Shown piece by piece: positions 41,901 to 55,000 of a stretch of 64,000 nt of DNA. A program made the translations under genes and the position numbers. Each line of letters begins with the position of its first letter. Within the stretch, counting starts at the first letter, position 1. Source of the DNA: Balanoglossus misakiensis (taxonomy: Eukaryota > Animalia > Hemichordata); contig CM082579.2 in the NCBI GenBank assembly GCA_040954595.2, positions 9,227,625 to 9,291,624 on the forward strand, written 5' to 3'. The notes below the pieces were generated by a model. It saw nothing but the letters and a program-made list of their open reading frames with translations, was not told the origin of the DNA and made no database searches.

Positions 41901-44900
41901 ATGTTAGCGTTGGAAAGAAACACCGTGCTTCTAAAGGATTCGGGAATACTTCTCACTCAGTAAATTATAAAGGGAGGCCAATTTTAACTTTGCATCCGTG
42001 CCCCACGGCGGGTTTTGATAAATCCACGAGCGTTTTTTTTCAAGACTTTCACTTCGAGCCACTGACAACAGCACCGCGTACCGTGGCATGATGTTTGGCT
42101 CTGTAAAGTAGCAAGTTGACCACGTGCACTCAAGCAGGTAATATACAAAAACCCTTTTAAACCGTTTGATTTATGACACGGAAAAATTACGGAAAACTAA
42201 CCGATATATTTTCTACCCACGCAGTCTCGTACCCTAAACAGAGAGCAGCTGGCGATCAACAGCGAACGTCAGATTTCTGACTGTTTATTATGATACGAGT
42301 GTGGCGCTTCTGGAGCCGCGGCTGGTCCGAGGACCGAACACCAGGAGTATTATGGTAACGCCATCGTCGTTTGCCATTAGTTTTCGGATGATGGATTATT
42401 TATGGTGTTTTGATATTAAGTGGGAAATACGAACCCGCCGTTGTTTCGCTTGCGGGCATGTAATGTGCACCAATAATTCGTTGTCATATTATCTTTTGAG
42501 TTATAACGCTTATTTCTTATTATTTGCCTATACATGATTTTCTATGGAGACAATCGTGTTATTGCCACAGAATAATGGTGAATGTATGTATGTATGTATG
42601 TATATGTGTGTGTGAGTTTTGGGAGCTTGCAAGGTGGAAGTCCCGTTGCCAGCCGCAAAACGTTGCTTATAATAAGCAGACAGCTGTCAAATAAAAATAA
42701 AACAACCTTCCTGTTCACTTGATCGGCGGCTCAAGAATGAACATTACTTTGTTCAGATTCCACGCAATTTCTCATTATGTGTCAATTAAACACTCCCAGA
42801 TGTAATTAAATGCCCAAACCAGCTGTGATCGTATTCGTCATACTTAAAGTGTGTCGTAAACAGGGGATAGCTACACCCATGCGTACGTCAGCGCAGCAGT
42901 AGTCTAAAAATATAATTATGGCATTCATAATCAGCCTCATGATTATGCTTTTATTGATAATTGCAAGCGTGTGCAAACATTCTCCTCGCCGTCGCGTGAC
43001 CCATTTCACAAGAGAAAGCAATAATGATTGATATGGAAAAACATTTCGTAGAATTCAACCCCAAACTGTCAATATTTGTCTATGTGTACACGTATTCAAT
43101 CATATTATATTGCGGCGCAGCGAGAAACAGCAACGCGCTAAGCACCTGTTTTCTGTAACGAGGCCCAGGGCGTATGCGTTGTGGGCGAGCTATGCCGGTA
43201 TCTGCGTTGGGTCCATTGCATTACGTTAGCGTTTTGACAGCTCTTTAAAATTTGAATCAACACATGTTTACACGGGCAATCCCCTAGACAAACTTTCTAA
43301 ATGACGGCAGATGTGGCACTGGTTTGAATTTAATCTGACAATGTCGCACTGACTTTCAGTTTTAATATATACAACAACGAAAAATCGCACAGTTGTGAAG
43401 CGGTTCGTCCATGCCCCCCGGGTCTACGTTCCTGTCCGTGTAAAATCTTGCAAGCATGTCAATATCTGTATCGGTTTTCGTGAAATCGTCGCTATATTGG
43501 TTGCACAATCTTCTGGGGCTGGGGGCCCGACGGAATTAAAATCCGGATCAGCAGCCCCATTTTACGAGCATTCGCATTTCTGCGTCAAATCTCGTAAATC
43601 GATTATTGCGAACTGCAAATATAGGCCGAGTGTACTGTTTATGTAATAGCGACCGTTATGCGCTTCAGTCATTTGCCGAGTTCCCTGCTCGTCTGCAGAA
43701 GATCTGTTATTGGGTTTAAAACGTGACAAAAGTACTCCAACGGGGACCAATTAAAATTCAAACCTCGCATTCCCAACTCTTCCACACGGTCACAATTTCC
43801 TATAGTCAATACTTGACAGTATATTCCGATGCTTGTCTGTTAAGTGTTCAGTTTCAGTCGATATTTCACTGTTTTTTCCCTCAGCCCGTACTTTCCAGCA
43901 ACCGCTCTCTGACACTTTTTCCACTAGCAATTCCGTCGCCTTAATCTCACCTTTCCGTTCAAATTTACACGGAAATTGGGAAGAAGTGGAGCGCAATTGG
44001 CGTTGGTCTTTCGGCGCTCAAGTTTAACTGTCCGAGTCAACCGCTCGTGCCGAGGCCGGTTATATATAGAATGCGACCTTGTTAATTTGATCCAACAAGT
44101 CGATTGGCCTAAATAATAATGATGACTTTGCCTCGTTACACTTCGAATTTTATTCCCCGTCTCTAATAACATCCTTTCTTCATCAATGGAGCGATTTCCC
44201 CCTAAACAGTCGGCGCGCTTATTATCCAACAAATGGCGCGCAAATGGATGTGCCATGGATACTGGAACGCAATATGCACACCCACCCACACACGCGCGCG
44301 TGCTTTCTCTCTCTCGCTTTATACCAGGAGCTATTATAACAGACACAGTGGATACAGTACCCTCACATTTCATCGATGTGGTTATTACAGCACCGCGTTG
44401 ATGTAACACAAAATGTCTGCGAAAATATATCGGCCTCGGCGAGGTACGCGGAAATTTTAGGCCTACAAGGGTTCAGATAATAGAGATATATATGGCATAC
44501 GCTTGATCAATGAAAGAGCAGAGCGACTCCTCAAACCCATCCCATCTCCAGATCAGTTGTTAGGATTCGGCGAGGTGACGAAACTCGAATTGGAAGAGTG
44601 TCACTTCAATAACCGCGCATATGCATAGACTAATTAGGCCTATGTGTGAAAATGTCTTTGCTATAGAAACGAGCGTTGGGCGTCGATGTCTGAGTGCAGC
44701 CTGCAGCCCGCATTGAACCCATACGAAGCTGCGGGCGGGAGTTCAGATTTTCCACATTTTATATGTCTACCGAGCGGTTTTCGATATAAAACCCGTATTA
44801 TGGGGGTTATCTGTGGTGGGGTGGGGCAACTGGGAAATTTCATGCTGCCTGCGTCTTGCTTCAAACACCGATATGGCGAAAATAAGTCAGTCAACAGTTG

Positions 44901-47369
44901 ATTTATCTGTTTTCCTCACAAAAACAAAATTAACTCACTGATTGAGAAATAAACGTATATCTACCGCCTCAAACCCTACGCGGTTTGAACCGGGGTAGTG
45001 AATTTCACTATGCTCGAAATCATAAACGCTGGCTCCGGGGATAGCCGAATGCGATTATATTTTTAGATGCACATTGTGCAGAAACTACGGACTTCAAAAA
45101 GGCAATCAACAATATAACAACCGACCTTGTATTCTGTATGTCAGTATCTGCATTCACGCCCGAAGATTCGCTTTCCGCGTTGACACCCAACAGGGTTCCG
45201 AAGAGTACGCCTCCGACAGGGCCTTCGCTTCCTACAAGCTTTGAAACAACGACACGAAGAGCGAGAGTATGGACTGGGTAATTTGTCCAAGCCGGGGTAA
45301 AATGATGAGACGCGCGGTCCGGACGCAACTGGAACGGAAAGTAATTCAAGACGCGTCGGCGACAAAATCCAATTCCGGGAGGGCAGTAGCACTTGCAGTT
45401 AATACTCCGGGTCCGTCTGGGGACCTACTGTTACCGCGATTTGTCGCAACAGGTATACAATTTACCGCACGACTGTTGCCATGAACAGATGTCCCCAAGC
45501 CGATCCGATCCGCGCAGTCCATCCAAGAGAGCTGATCTGAGGGCGCTAGTATCAGCAGAGTGGCCCTTTGTAATGCAAATTACGCGAAAGTAATGCACAG
45601 ATGAAATATTGATGCAATCCCCCCCACCAAATGGTGTATTTGAATACATTGCGCATGCACAAAGGCTGCTAATGTAATTGGATCATCAGAATTCAGGAAG
45701 GTCACATTTCAAACCTTAATCACTTTTGACAGCTAATAAATGAATTTCGACGTAAGGTGGGGCGAAATATACATACATTAATCTTACGTCAGACAGGTTT
45801 TCATCACAGATTTGCAAAATCAACAAAGAGTCTTGATTAAACAGATTATTTATGAATTTATTTTCTTTATTTATCAATCAATCTATTTATTTATTTACGC
45901 ATTTATTCATTCATTTTTTTATTTATTCTCCCACCCAACGAAGCTCACGAGCCCGCGGGTATGACGGTTTTGAGAGCAACGCCTCGCTGTGTGCCAACTT
46001 AGCTCTTTTAACTTATAGGATGATGTATGTGAGCGCATAAGAAACAATTGAAATTTGTCTCTTCCCATAGGTTTACACTGATTTTCATGAAGTTTTACGC
46101 AATAGCTCATCTGGATGAAAACACTTCTCCGGGAGCTTCTGTGGCTGGAAGATTTTACACATCGAAATTTGTAAACGAATTGTGTTATTTTCATTGCCGC
46201 CGAGGTGGACCCGTTGTTGAATACTGGTGTTTCGACACAACAGAAACAATGTATTCGTTTCAAATTGCGCACAATCCTCAACTACCCATATGGTCGGGTC
46301 GTGCAAAGCCGCTCCCGGGAAGTCGTTGAAGAGAACGAATCTAGAAGCAGTAGAACCGGTTTGGCGTGGCCTTTGGGGGGAACGTGTATTTCTAATTCCA
46401 TGATTTTCAGCTTTCGTCTTGCGCTGTCATATTCCATTGCCATTCCCATGAATAAATTGACACATACTCCAACATCTCGTTATTATTTTTTTTATATGTA
46501 ACCATGGTATCCGTTGTCAACATGGCGCCTTTCTCTAATGATTTCTTGTTCCAATCTACCGATTTCCTTTGATGCGCGTTTTCAATTTTCCTCTTCGTTG
46601 ATGAGCCTGACACTGTTCGTCGCAATATTCACGGGCAGTAATTACTCTTCTAGCGAATGTTCACGACAATGCTTCCCTTGAGACACGAAACCTCGTTTAC
46701 ACTTCTCGTGTCCGAATGACTTTTGAAGAGAGGGCGCTGTCGTGAGCCACCGCGTCTTCTCGCCGATTGCAGTAGCCATGATACTGCAGCAATAATCCGT
46801 TTCCCATATTCTTCCCCTGACTGTACTTATTATTGGCTTTTGTCAACTTAAAAAACATATAAGGTGTAATCACTACTAAAATGCATTCAAAGAAACCAGT
46901 GCTCACATTGCCTTATTGGAGAACATCCCGTTTCATGTCATGTGTTCAAATGCATGAAATGGGTCATTCCAAGAATCGGCGAAGACTAGACACTGATGAG
47001 TTTATATACCGTGCCGAAGTCACCGTCCAGTTTTAAATAGGGGTGAAAGTTTCAATGGACAATTTTGAAGATCACCAATCTACAAGAGAATGTACCTCGT
47101 CCCACCGTGATCAGACTTGTGATAGTTTTCTGAGCTCCACTAAATTGTGTCAAAATTGTTCTGATAGAGATCACCGATAGCGACATCTGCTCATCGTACG
47201 GATCATGATTAAAAACCCCACCATAGCTACGTCAGTGATGTAACAAGGGTCGATAGCCGGTCAAACACCCACACACTGTCTAAATATTTTGCCGATTTCA
47301 TACTCTACGGAGCTGTACTCCGAAACTTAGCTACACCCGGACTCCAAAATTATGGAAGGGAAAGAAAAA

Positions 47370-47433
47370 GCGCGTGTGTGGCGCCCTCTATCGATCGTTT
47401 CACCAAACGTGACCAGCCAACATGGCAGCCTCC
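47370..47433 (+). promoter_or_regulatory. MRPL30 proximal promoter / 5' region
   Basis: Reverse CTCF-like GGCGCCCTCTATCG (47380-47393) and YY1-type CAACATGGCAGCC overlapping the start codon. Confidence 0.55.
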
Positions 47434-47460
47434 ATGTTACACACGGTGTCGGTTCGGATG
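47422..47460 (+). CDS. MRPL30: Mitochondrial ribosomal protein L30 (uL30m), coding exon 1 (MAASMLHTVSVRM)
   Basis: Strong Kozak context aacATGG, 39 nt, phase-0 donor GTAAGT at 47461; joins exon 2 in frame; transit-peptide-like composition. Confidence 0.85.
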
Positions 47461-47958
47461 GTAAGTAATTTTCGGTAAAGTCTCCCGCGTTCGTAAGTAT
47501 GATCTAATCATATTTGTTTGACATCATCCGTAACGTGAACATGACCCAATCAGGGTGGCTACCATATCGTATAGTGTGAATATTTCCAGTTAACGTCTAT
47601 GGTATCGGTCCTCGTGACGGCATGGCGTTCTCAATCCTTCTCAATGCATTTGCACTATGCAGAAGCAGTGGAAAGTTTGGGAGTTCTTCCAAGGTCGCTT
47701 GTCTTAGCCTGCTATTGAATAAATATTCTTCCGATCAAGCTTTCACGCAGTGCGTTTGCCCGTGTGATTTTGGGGACATGGCGCAAATGCCATCAACAAA
47801 ATCCCCTTGGGACTAAAGCATGGTGGTGAAAGGGTTAGTGCTTGCTCAGCATTTTACTATAAACACTGATCACAAAATTGCTCTGGAAGCAAGCTTAGTG
47901 TCTTTCAACTGCAGCATCACAGGTGTGTTCTTATTCTTTTCCTTTATTTGTTTTTCAG

Positions 47959-48174
47959 GTTCCAAATATATTCTTGAGATTGCAGCCCGTGAGGTCATGC
48001 TTCTACAACCCGCACCATCGAGGTCAGGTTCGGGTGACGCCGAAACCACTGGAGGTTGAGGAGAAAGAGGGCGACGGCCCACCACACATGCTGCATGCTG
48101 TCTCCAGAACAAATAGCACCCGGAAAAGGCCGTACTGGGAGAAGGATGTCATTGAAGAGCTGGGGTTGACCGTT
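47959..48174 (+). CDS. MRPL30: MRPL30 coding exon 2
   Basis: Polypyrimidine tract plus TTTCAG acceptor, 216 nt, GTAAGT donor at 48175; encodes [29 protein letters not shown], matching the MRPL30 motif [29 protein letters not shown]. Confidence 0.96.
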
Positions 48175-48541
48175 GTAAGTTTTTTAGAAATTCCACCTCA
48201 GAATCTCCGCTAGAACAGGCAACTTCTGCTGTGTCAGATTGGCTTGATCGTGGACAGTCTGGACATCTGAAAATCAAATGTCAACAATAACATTGCACGT
48301 GAAACGTGTACAGACTTTTTGGACAAGCTGAATAAAATTTGCACTAAATTCTACTTCGGCATGTATAACAAGAAACTGTAGCTGTTGCACTGACCAAACT
48401 TGTAAAATTAATTAATTAATTAATTAACAAAAGTTACAGCTACTGTCCCCTTAAGCCTCACCTTCTAGTAGACAGTACCTGAGAAGACTGCCATGTCATG
48501 ATTAAGAAATCCCCTTCAATCTTTTGCCCTTTTCACTGCAG

Positions 48542-48793
48542 ATGGGTAAAGTTGTCATTCTCAAGAACACACCGAGCATCAACGAAAAGTTACAAGCAGT
48601 CAAGCACCTGGTCCGGATCCAACCGGTCGTACTCAAGCACGGTCTACCCCAGAACAGTGATTATGACAGCACTTTGCTGAAGCACAATGGTGAATTTGTG
48701 CTGATGAGGAAAGTCGATACGGTGGACAGAATTGAACCGGCACTGGAAAAAAACGATAACGTGACAGAATTGAATCGGTCAGAGACATCATGA
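48542..48793 (+). CDS. MRPL30: MRPL30 coding exon 3 (terminal)
   Basis: CTGCAG acceptor, phase 0; encodes KNTPSINEKLQAVKHLVRIQPVVLKHGLP...LKHNGEFV (cf. [29 protein letters not shown]); TGA at 48791-48793; spliced product 168 aa. Confidence 0.96.
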   Translation: MGKVVILKNTPSINEKLQAVKHLVRIQPVVLKHGLPQNSDYDSTLLKHNGEFVLMRKVDTVDRIEPALEKNDNVTELNRSETS

Positions 48794-49107
48794 TAAACGA
48801 GTTCTGTGTTGACTGTGACTTTTAAAATTTGGCAAAAAGGACATTTTTGATGTCGTGAAAGTTACGCTGTGAAATCTATATGTTAGGCACTGACAAGATG
48901 ATCTGCAGTACAACCACTGCCATTGTTCGTCTCTAAGTGTAAACATGTGTATCATTTCACATTATTGGATAAGCAAGTGTGTGTGTAACAGCAGAAACTA
49001 TGGAGAGGTTCATCTGACAAGGACCTTGTCTTTGTGAGATTTGTAATGTACATGAAAGAGTGTACCTTCAACCTTGCCATGAGTGTTTGGTAGAATTTTC
49101 GTCTCTG

Positions 49108-49113
49108 AATAAA
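49108..49113 (+). terminator. Probable MRPL30 polyadenylation signal
   Basis: First AATAAA I found after the stop codon (~315 nt downstream), followed by a GT/T-rich stretch. Confidence 0.65.
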
Positions 49114-49772
49114 ATATCAGCAAATGCTATCTGGTGTATCTTTGACGAAAGGTCTGAATCCAGTTGTACAATTTCATAGTTGGCTGACAAGTCCCCGGGC
49201 GTCAGTGTCACGACTTCTGCAGTCGAAGATCTTACTGACGAATCTGGAAGAAATATGATAGTTGCGAGAAAAAATGTTATTGTTGGTGAAATTCCTGAAT
49301 TTTTAAACTGCTAGTACTCCTGGGAAAGCCTATATCATTGTCATATTTTCCCGTTTTTATCTCTATTGACTTGCCTCCAAGCAGGGATCCTGTTGAACTT
49401 GTGGTCTTGTTTGACTTCTGTTTCCTAGAGTCAGATAGGCAAGAAATTATATTTTCACCAAGGAAAAAAAGGACCAATTTGCTGTTCAAAACCTACCTGT
49501 TTTCTTCCTCTGGTCCTACACCTTCACACAGATTCCTTTTGGACAGGGGGAAAAAGTGCTGGACTGCGTCGGGGGAACTGATTTTTTTTCAGGGGTTCGA
49601 ACCCCTGAGTTTTTCTGATCGCTTTGGGAAGGGACATGAGTTTTTTTTTATACGACGTACCCACCCAACTGAGCCAGCAGTAACAAAGGCACGAATCAAA
49701 CGCTTTTGTATTGTATTCTTCGCTATCAAATGACGTCAGACGCGTTCAGGTGGCAGTTACGTTCGCGTTCAG

Positions 49773-49965
49773 ATTTCCAGATGACGGGCAACTTCAGCAA
49801 CGTGGACTTACGTGGTGCAGACAAAGACTGTGCAGACGAAATGCAATGAGGCTGATGAGGCAACATACCCGATACATGTTATGTGTTTGGCGGTTCTAAA
49901 GTAAAAACATACTCGGAAAAACTTTTACTGGATGCCGAAATATTGCTTGCCCGTCATCTGGAAAT
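49773..49965. repeat. 193-bp segment bounded by a perfect 19-bp inverted repeat (possible MITE)
   Basis: ATTTCCAGATGACGGGCAA (49773-49791) and TTGCCCGTCATCTGGAAAT (49947-49965); no clear TSD. Confidence 0.7.
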
Positions 49966-50889
49966 GACTGCGCCATGTGACACATTGCCAGATCACGTGA
50001 TTGATAGTAAAGAATTGGTTGAGAAGGCGTTGTCATGTATTATATTTACCTAGTGGCGCCCTCACCGGTCAAAATACCAATGTCTATTCAGCATATATAC
50101 ACCCAACTGACGCAAGCCTTTTTTGTCTAAATGACTTGTTTATAAAATATGAATACAGTGTTTTGTGAACGTCATAGTATTCCTATCTATTCTCGCCTCT
50201 GTTTCAGTTTACCAGCGTACGCGCAACTCTTTGCCATGCCACAAAACATTACTTGGGCATGGCGCCACCACTGGCCAAATTAATATTTCTAATTCCCCAA
50301 TTTTCATCCAAGAAGTGCCAACTGAATTTCAGGTTAAATATCCATTTATTTTGGTCGGAGAAAAGTATATCCACTACTTATCTTAGAGAAAAAACACCAA
50401 CGTTAACCATAGGGCGCTCTGGCACTGCGCGGCCGCGCAAAAAGCTGGGCAGCGTCGGGGGAACTGGGTACGGGCGCGAACCCGCAGCCATACTTATTTC
50501 AATAGTAAGTCAGAGCGAAGTATCCACCCAACTTAGCCAGCAAAATATGTAGTCAGAGTTTGCCTTTTATACTTCCCCACTATGGCCGACGAGCAAACAA
50601 TGTATTTGCATGTTAACCCCAGGGTTAATAACCCGTTTTGAAAGGGTAAAACAACAGTAGAACACGCTGTCAAATCAACAAAATTTTGTCAGAAGTTTTT
50701 TAGCGCTTTCTTTATCTACACAAGAGTTTACAACTTAAAAAAGCGGGTTGAAGTGGACCCAAAGACCGGTACGCGTAAAGGACTCCGATGCGGCGATGGT
50801 CCAATGTCCAAAAGCGATCTCCCTACTCCTAAACGTGGTACGCCTGCATGTATAGGTACATGTAGTTTCAGATAGGCCTAGGCCTACGC

Positions 50890-51420
50890 ATGAATGATAT
50901 CGATAAAACCATCAGTCAAATATCACTAAATGACATACGAAGTGAACAACTTGTACAACAAAACATTTCATTGATGAATTGTAATAAACAAAAACCAGTA
51001 ATAACTTATATAACTTCGGATGTGTGTCCATCCGCACGTAAATAAGTCACTCCACGACCGCACTGGGTCATATAAACGCATTCACGGTCGTTTCAAGGTC
51101 ATTGAAAAATGTGGGTCAATAAAAACTCCCTAGCCCGCGATATTATTCTGAGATTCCGGGACACTGATCGAGTAGCAGATATCCATATACTTTAAAACAT
51201 GGTAAAAGATAAGCGCCATTCATTTGTGATACTAATCTAAGTTACAAAAAGGTCATATCTCGCGAACATTTGGACAAAGTTCGCGAAATTCAGGGGTGGG
51301 TGTGACTTCTGGATTCAAAAAGGCGCGCCATTCGGATCAAGAGGTTCATTTCTGGGTAACTTGGGGAGACCATGACATCATCAATCCAGTGCAGTATGTA
51401 CTATGGCGGTGAGTTGTCTG
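50890..51420 (+). promoter_or_regulatory. Probable TBC1D1/4 promoter region
   Basis: CpG-rich stretch just upstream of the first coding exon, with TATCGATA (50898-50905) and E2F-like TTCGCGAAA (~51280) and AAAGGCGCGCCA (~51320). Confidence 0.4.
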
Positions 51421-51511
51421 GTGTGATCGATTTCTGGAGGTGGTCATTCATTCAAAGTTTGCAGATCTTGGTGGTTTGCGATATTTCCTGTGGGGACTAT
51501 GCGCTGCAACG

Positions 51512-52030
51512 ATGAGTCTTAAGACTAGCCTATCGTCCGAGACCGTCATTGCCGCTGAAGACGTGACTGAAAAGATGATAAATGCCAACAATAAGTCGGA
51601 GGAGGCGGACGTCGAGGTTCGCGTGAATCATGAAAATGAAAGGGAACCCGTCACGTTTTCGTCGACAGGTTCGGCGCGATCCGATGCGACGGCGGTCGAT
51701 CACTTCGAAGCCGGCGAGAAGATGATGTTCGACTTGACGTACTTCGGCGAGGAGTCGCTCGATCGCCGCTTTACGCAGTCCATGCTACCTTGGATACTGG
51801 CAGAAGTCCGGCGACGGGCCCAAACACGGCAAATAGTCGTGCAGCTGTCCACTAAATCGCTCCTGTGCATTGACGAACAGACTGGGTCAATACTTTTCGA
51901 ACACAGGCTCCAGGGAATAACGAGAATTTCTCGCTGCCAAAAAATCAAAACGTCTTTTGCGTATCTTTACAGAATTAACAAGGACTCGGACTTTAACTGC
52001 CATGTGTTCCAGGCCAAAGATTCCGACCTG
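51512..52030 (+). CDS. TBC1D1: TBC1 domain family member 1/4 (AS160-like Rab-GAP) orthologue, first coding exon with N-terminal PTB domain; the rest of the gene was not found in the window
   Basis: FDLTYFGEESLDRRFTQSMLPWILAEVRRR...LFEHRLQGITRISR...FAYL...FNCHVFQA matches the first PTB domain of TBC1D1/TBC1D4 (MLPWLxAExRR). acgATGA start, 519 nt, phase-0 GTAAGT donor at 52031. Probably a single co-orthologue of both vertebrate paralogues. Confidence 0.92.
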
Positions 52031-55000
52031 GTAAGTACTTGAGATGGTCTTTTTTACCCCTACGTAAAGCAAGCATTATAGCAAGCAAGCTGGGCGAGGG
52101 AAACCAACATCTAGTCATTGTTTCGCTGATCTGATCAGTGATCAGCCGAATTCGGTCAGGTCACTAGGCTCTCATACAATAACGCGGGGAATATAGATCT
52201 GTCGATCGACTGTGTCTTTTTTAGTCTTCGAATCGTAAACAGGTCCTGTGCGTTTATAGAGTTGGCTAGCAACTACCGCGCCGTCATCCCCGTCATTCGC
52301 TGCACGGTCCCTCAGAACACGACGGGCCAAACAAAGTAACAATAAAGTTACGCAGATCGCACTCGCCCTGCGTAGCATGACAAAGGTCAAACGAATTGTC
52401 CTGTGGTATTTGATCGGATTTATCGCGATAAGGCTCCGTCAGAACTCATTCACGAGTCTGTCACCGGGAATCCCCGTCCCCTATTCTGTCTGCACATTTT
52501 GGAGGTGTCCGGGAGACCGTTATGCATTGTGACCCATTGATCACAATAATCCTAATCAACAGTGTTTAATTAGCAACTGATCGTGTAAACACAAAGGTGT
52601 GATCGTCTTCCATAGCTCAAGAGTTAAAAAATGTCTCGCTTCCACGTCTGTTCCACATCATGTAGCTGGTAACTATGACGTCCAAGTTTCTGTTTTATTT
52701 AGTGGGATTCTAAAAACCATGACAACAAATGGTAGGGTGGACTGCAGTGTAATGTGGTATTGTTTCACAGTACTGTTAAAATGCATGCATGATGCAAACG
52801 GGAAGTGGTCTGGCCGCCCGAGTTTCAGACCCTGTTTGCCAGGTGGAAGTGTGATCTGGGGGCCGGGAAATTCCGGTCAGTGTTCAAATCAAACAAGGAA
52901 ATAGTCTCCACTCCTATATGTGATAAAATGCCTGGAGTAAAGTGTATGATGTCATACCAGGGAATCTGATGATGCACTGGCAATGGAAAGTGAATGATAA
53001 CATTGACCCCTATCGGCATATTATAAATTTGCATGATGATAATATAGCTAGATAAATTCATGAAGGAAGATTTAATCATTAATGTGCACATATCATAACA
53101 TGAAATTCCAAAGAAGTGTCAAAAATTTTGCTGCAGGGAAAAATGTGTCACCTGTTGTGTTAATTAATTTATACTGCAATTAGCACACACAGTTTAAAAT
53201 AGGTGCATGACTATTTAATGAATGTAGTCATTACTAAATTTATTTGCATAGTTAATGAATAGATTACAGCCCTTTTCAATTAATATCCCCACATGGATGA
53301 TGTAAGGCTGAACAAAAAAAAAGAAAAAAGTGTAAGGCTGAGCACAAAAAAAAAAGTGATCACTGAGTTCAATAACTCTTCTATCCTAATTATCACATGT
53401 ACCTGAGAGTGAAATCAACACAAGAGAAAAACCTTTGCAATTTGTACAAAAATTACACGACTGAAATTAATTCAAGTCTAACTAGGTGGATCATGTTAAA
53501 TACACATTGATTTCACCCTTCAAATTAATTAAAACATTTTTTTACACCTTGTTAACATGTGCCCTAATTTTGAAATGCCTTCATTAGAACCAGGCAATAT
53601 TATTTCAGCTTGAATGTGATTAAATCTATATAAGAATGGTTCATGCTATGATACATACTATTATGAACGATTGATGTAGTGAGTCAACAACAATATTTTT
53701 TCTCACATCACGCCCACCCCATTGTCTGAATAGTTAAAACAAGCCATTGTTATATGGTACTTTTGATTGTTATGGTCATCATGTTTACTAGTTTGAATTG
53801 TTTTTCTGTCCATGCAAGGTTGCTCACCCAAGGTCTGCAGGAAATCTGTCACAAGTTTCCCTCATAACCAGCTGGGCAAGCACATTTCTGCCATCTGACT
53901 CTACTGTTCATATTCTGATATATCATATCTGGTGACCTCATGATGTGGTCAGGAAATCCCCTCACTGTTTGACCCCACCCGAGGACTCCCACAGTCTGGG
54001 GAACTTCGCACCTCTTGTACTGTGGGTGGGATTGTCATATCAAATCTTGAAATTAGTCATTTAGTGACAGGGCAGTAGGGTTGGGGTGATTGCCAATTTG
54101 AACATATGAAAAACAATAGAGTTGGATTAGGCTATTGTTTTTACTAAATAGTGAGCTCTTCTTATTGTGAAATGGTTTGAAATATTAATTTTACTTTTGG
54201 CCACACATACTCGCATGTTTTCTGCAATTTTTCACTTTCAATTGTGTGGTCTATAATTTTCAGGGGAAAAAACACATCGGACAAAGAGTTTTGAAGAGAG
54301 TCATCGTGGTGATTTGACCACTTTCATAAACAGTGAGTCATCATCTCTCAGTGTATTCACTCAAGATGACAGCATTGAACAAGGCTGAACATCATGTGCA
54401 ACCCCCCCCCCCTCCCCCCCCCCCTTCTCTCAAGTGTCATAATCAGCCAGGTTACACCCTTTCCTGCATTGGATACTTGGCTAGGCCCTAATTAGGCTCT
54501 GCCGGGAATTCAACGCACATATGCCACATTATTGGCTGCAACAGGGCACCGTTTGATTCAACCATTCATAACTGAGACTGTTATGTGTGACATGCCTATA
54601 CGTATAGTTCACAAATCCTTCGACAACCGCTTCTTTTGTTCGAGTCCAGCGTGCGGTTGTTGTCCAGAGGTGAAGTTTGATTCACTCAAACAACGTTCAT
54701 TGTTGAGAGGAGAGGGAAGAGAATATAAAGAGTTTTGTCAAATCACTTCCCGCCTTCCTTACTTACATAACACTAAGTCTTTGTTTACCACAGAGAATGA
54801 AAACATCGCACAAGTTCCATGAATCATGGATTCTTGTTTTCAGTTGATTTGATGTTTTTGCAATCTCATATTTTATCACTCATTGATATGATTCAGTACT
54901 ATATTTTTTAGTTTCAGAAGAAATAGTCATAGATTTCCCCTAAGTTTTTTAAATATTTGTCTTCCTTCAGTTTGTAACATTTAAAATACATGCCCTTGAG

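Noticed and set aside
48330-48455. MITE-like end (TGTCCCC-TTAA) in MRPL30 intron 2
   Set aside because: Only one terminus is visible, so the element cannot be delimited.
51440-51511. GTG-initiated N-terminal extension of the TBC1D1/4 ORF from the ORF track
   Set aside because: The track allows bacterial-style starts; the first in-frame ATG is 51512. An upstream exon spliced at TTTGCAG (51464) cannot be excluded, but the nearby ATGGCG|GTGAGT (51403-51408) would be out of frame.
53301-53358. ~30-bp direct repeat TGTAAGGCTGA...poly(A)
   Set aside because: A simple local duplication with no further structure.
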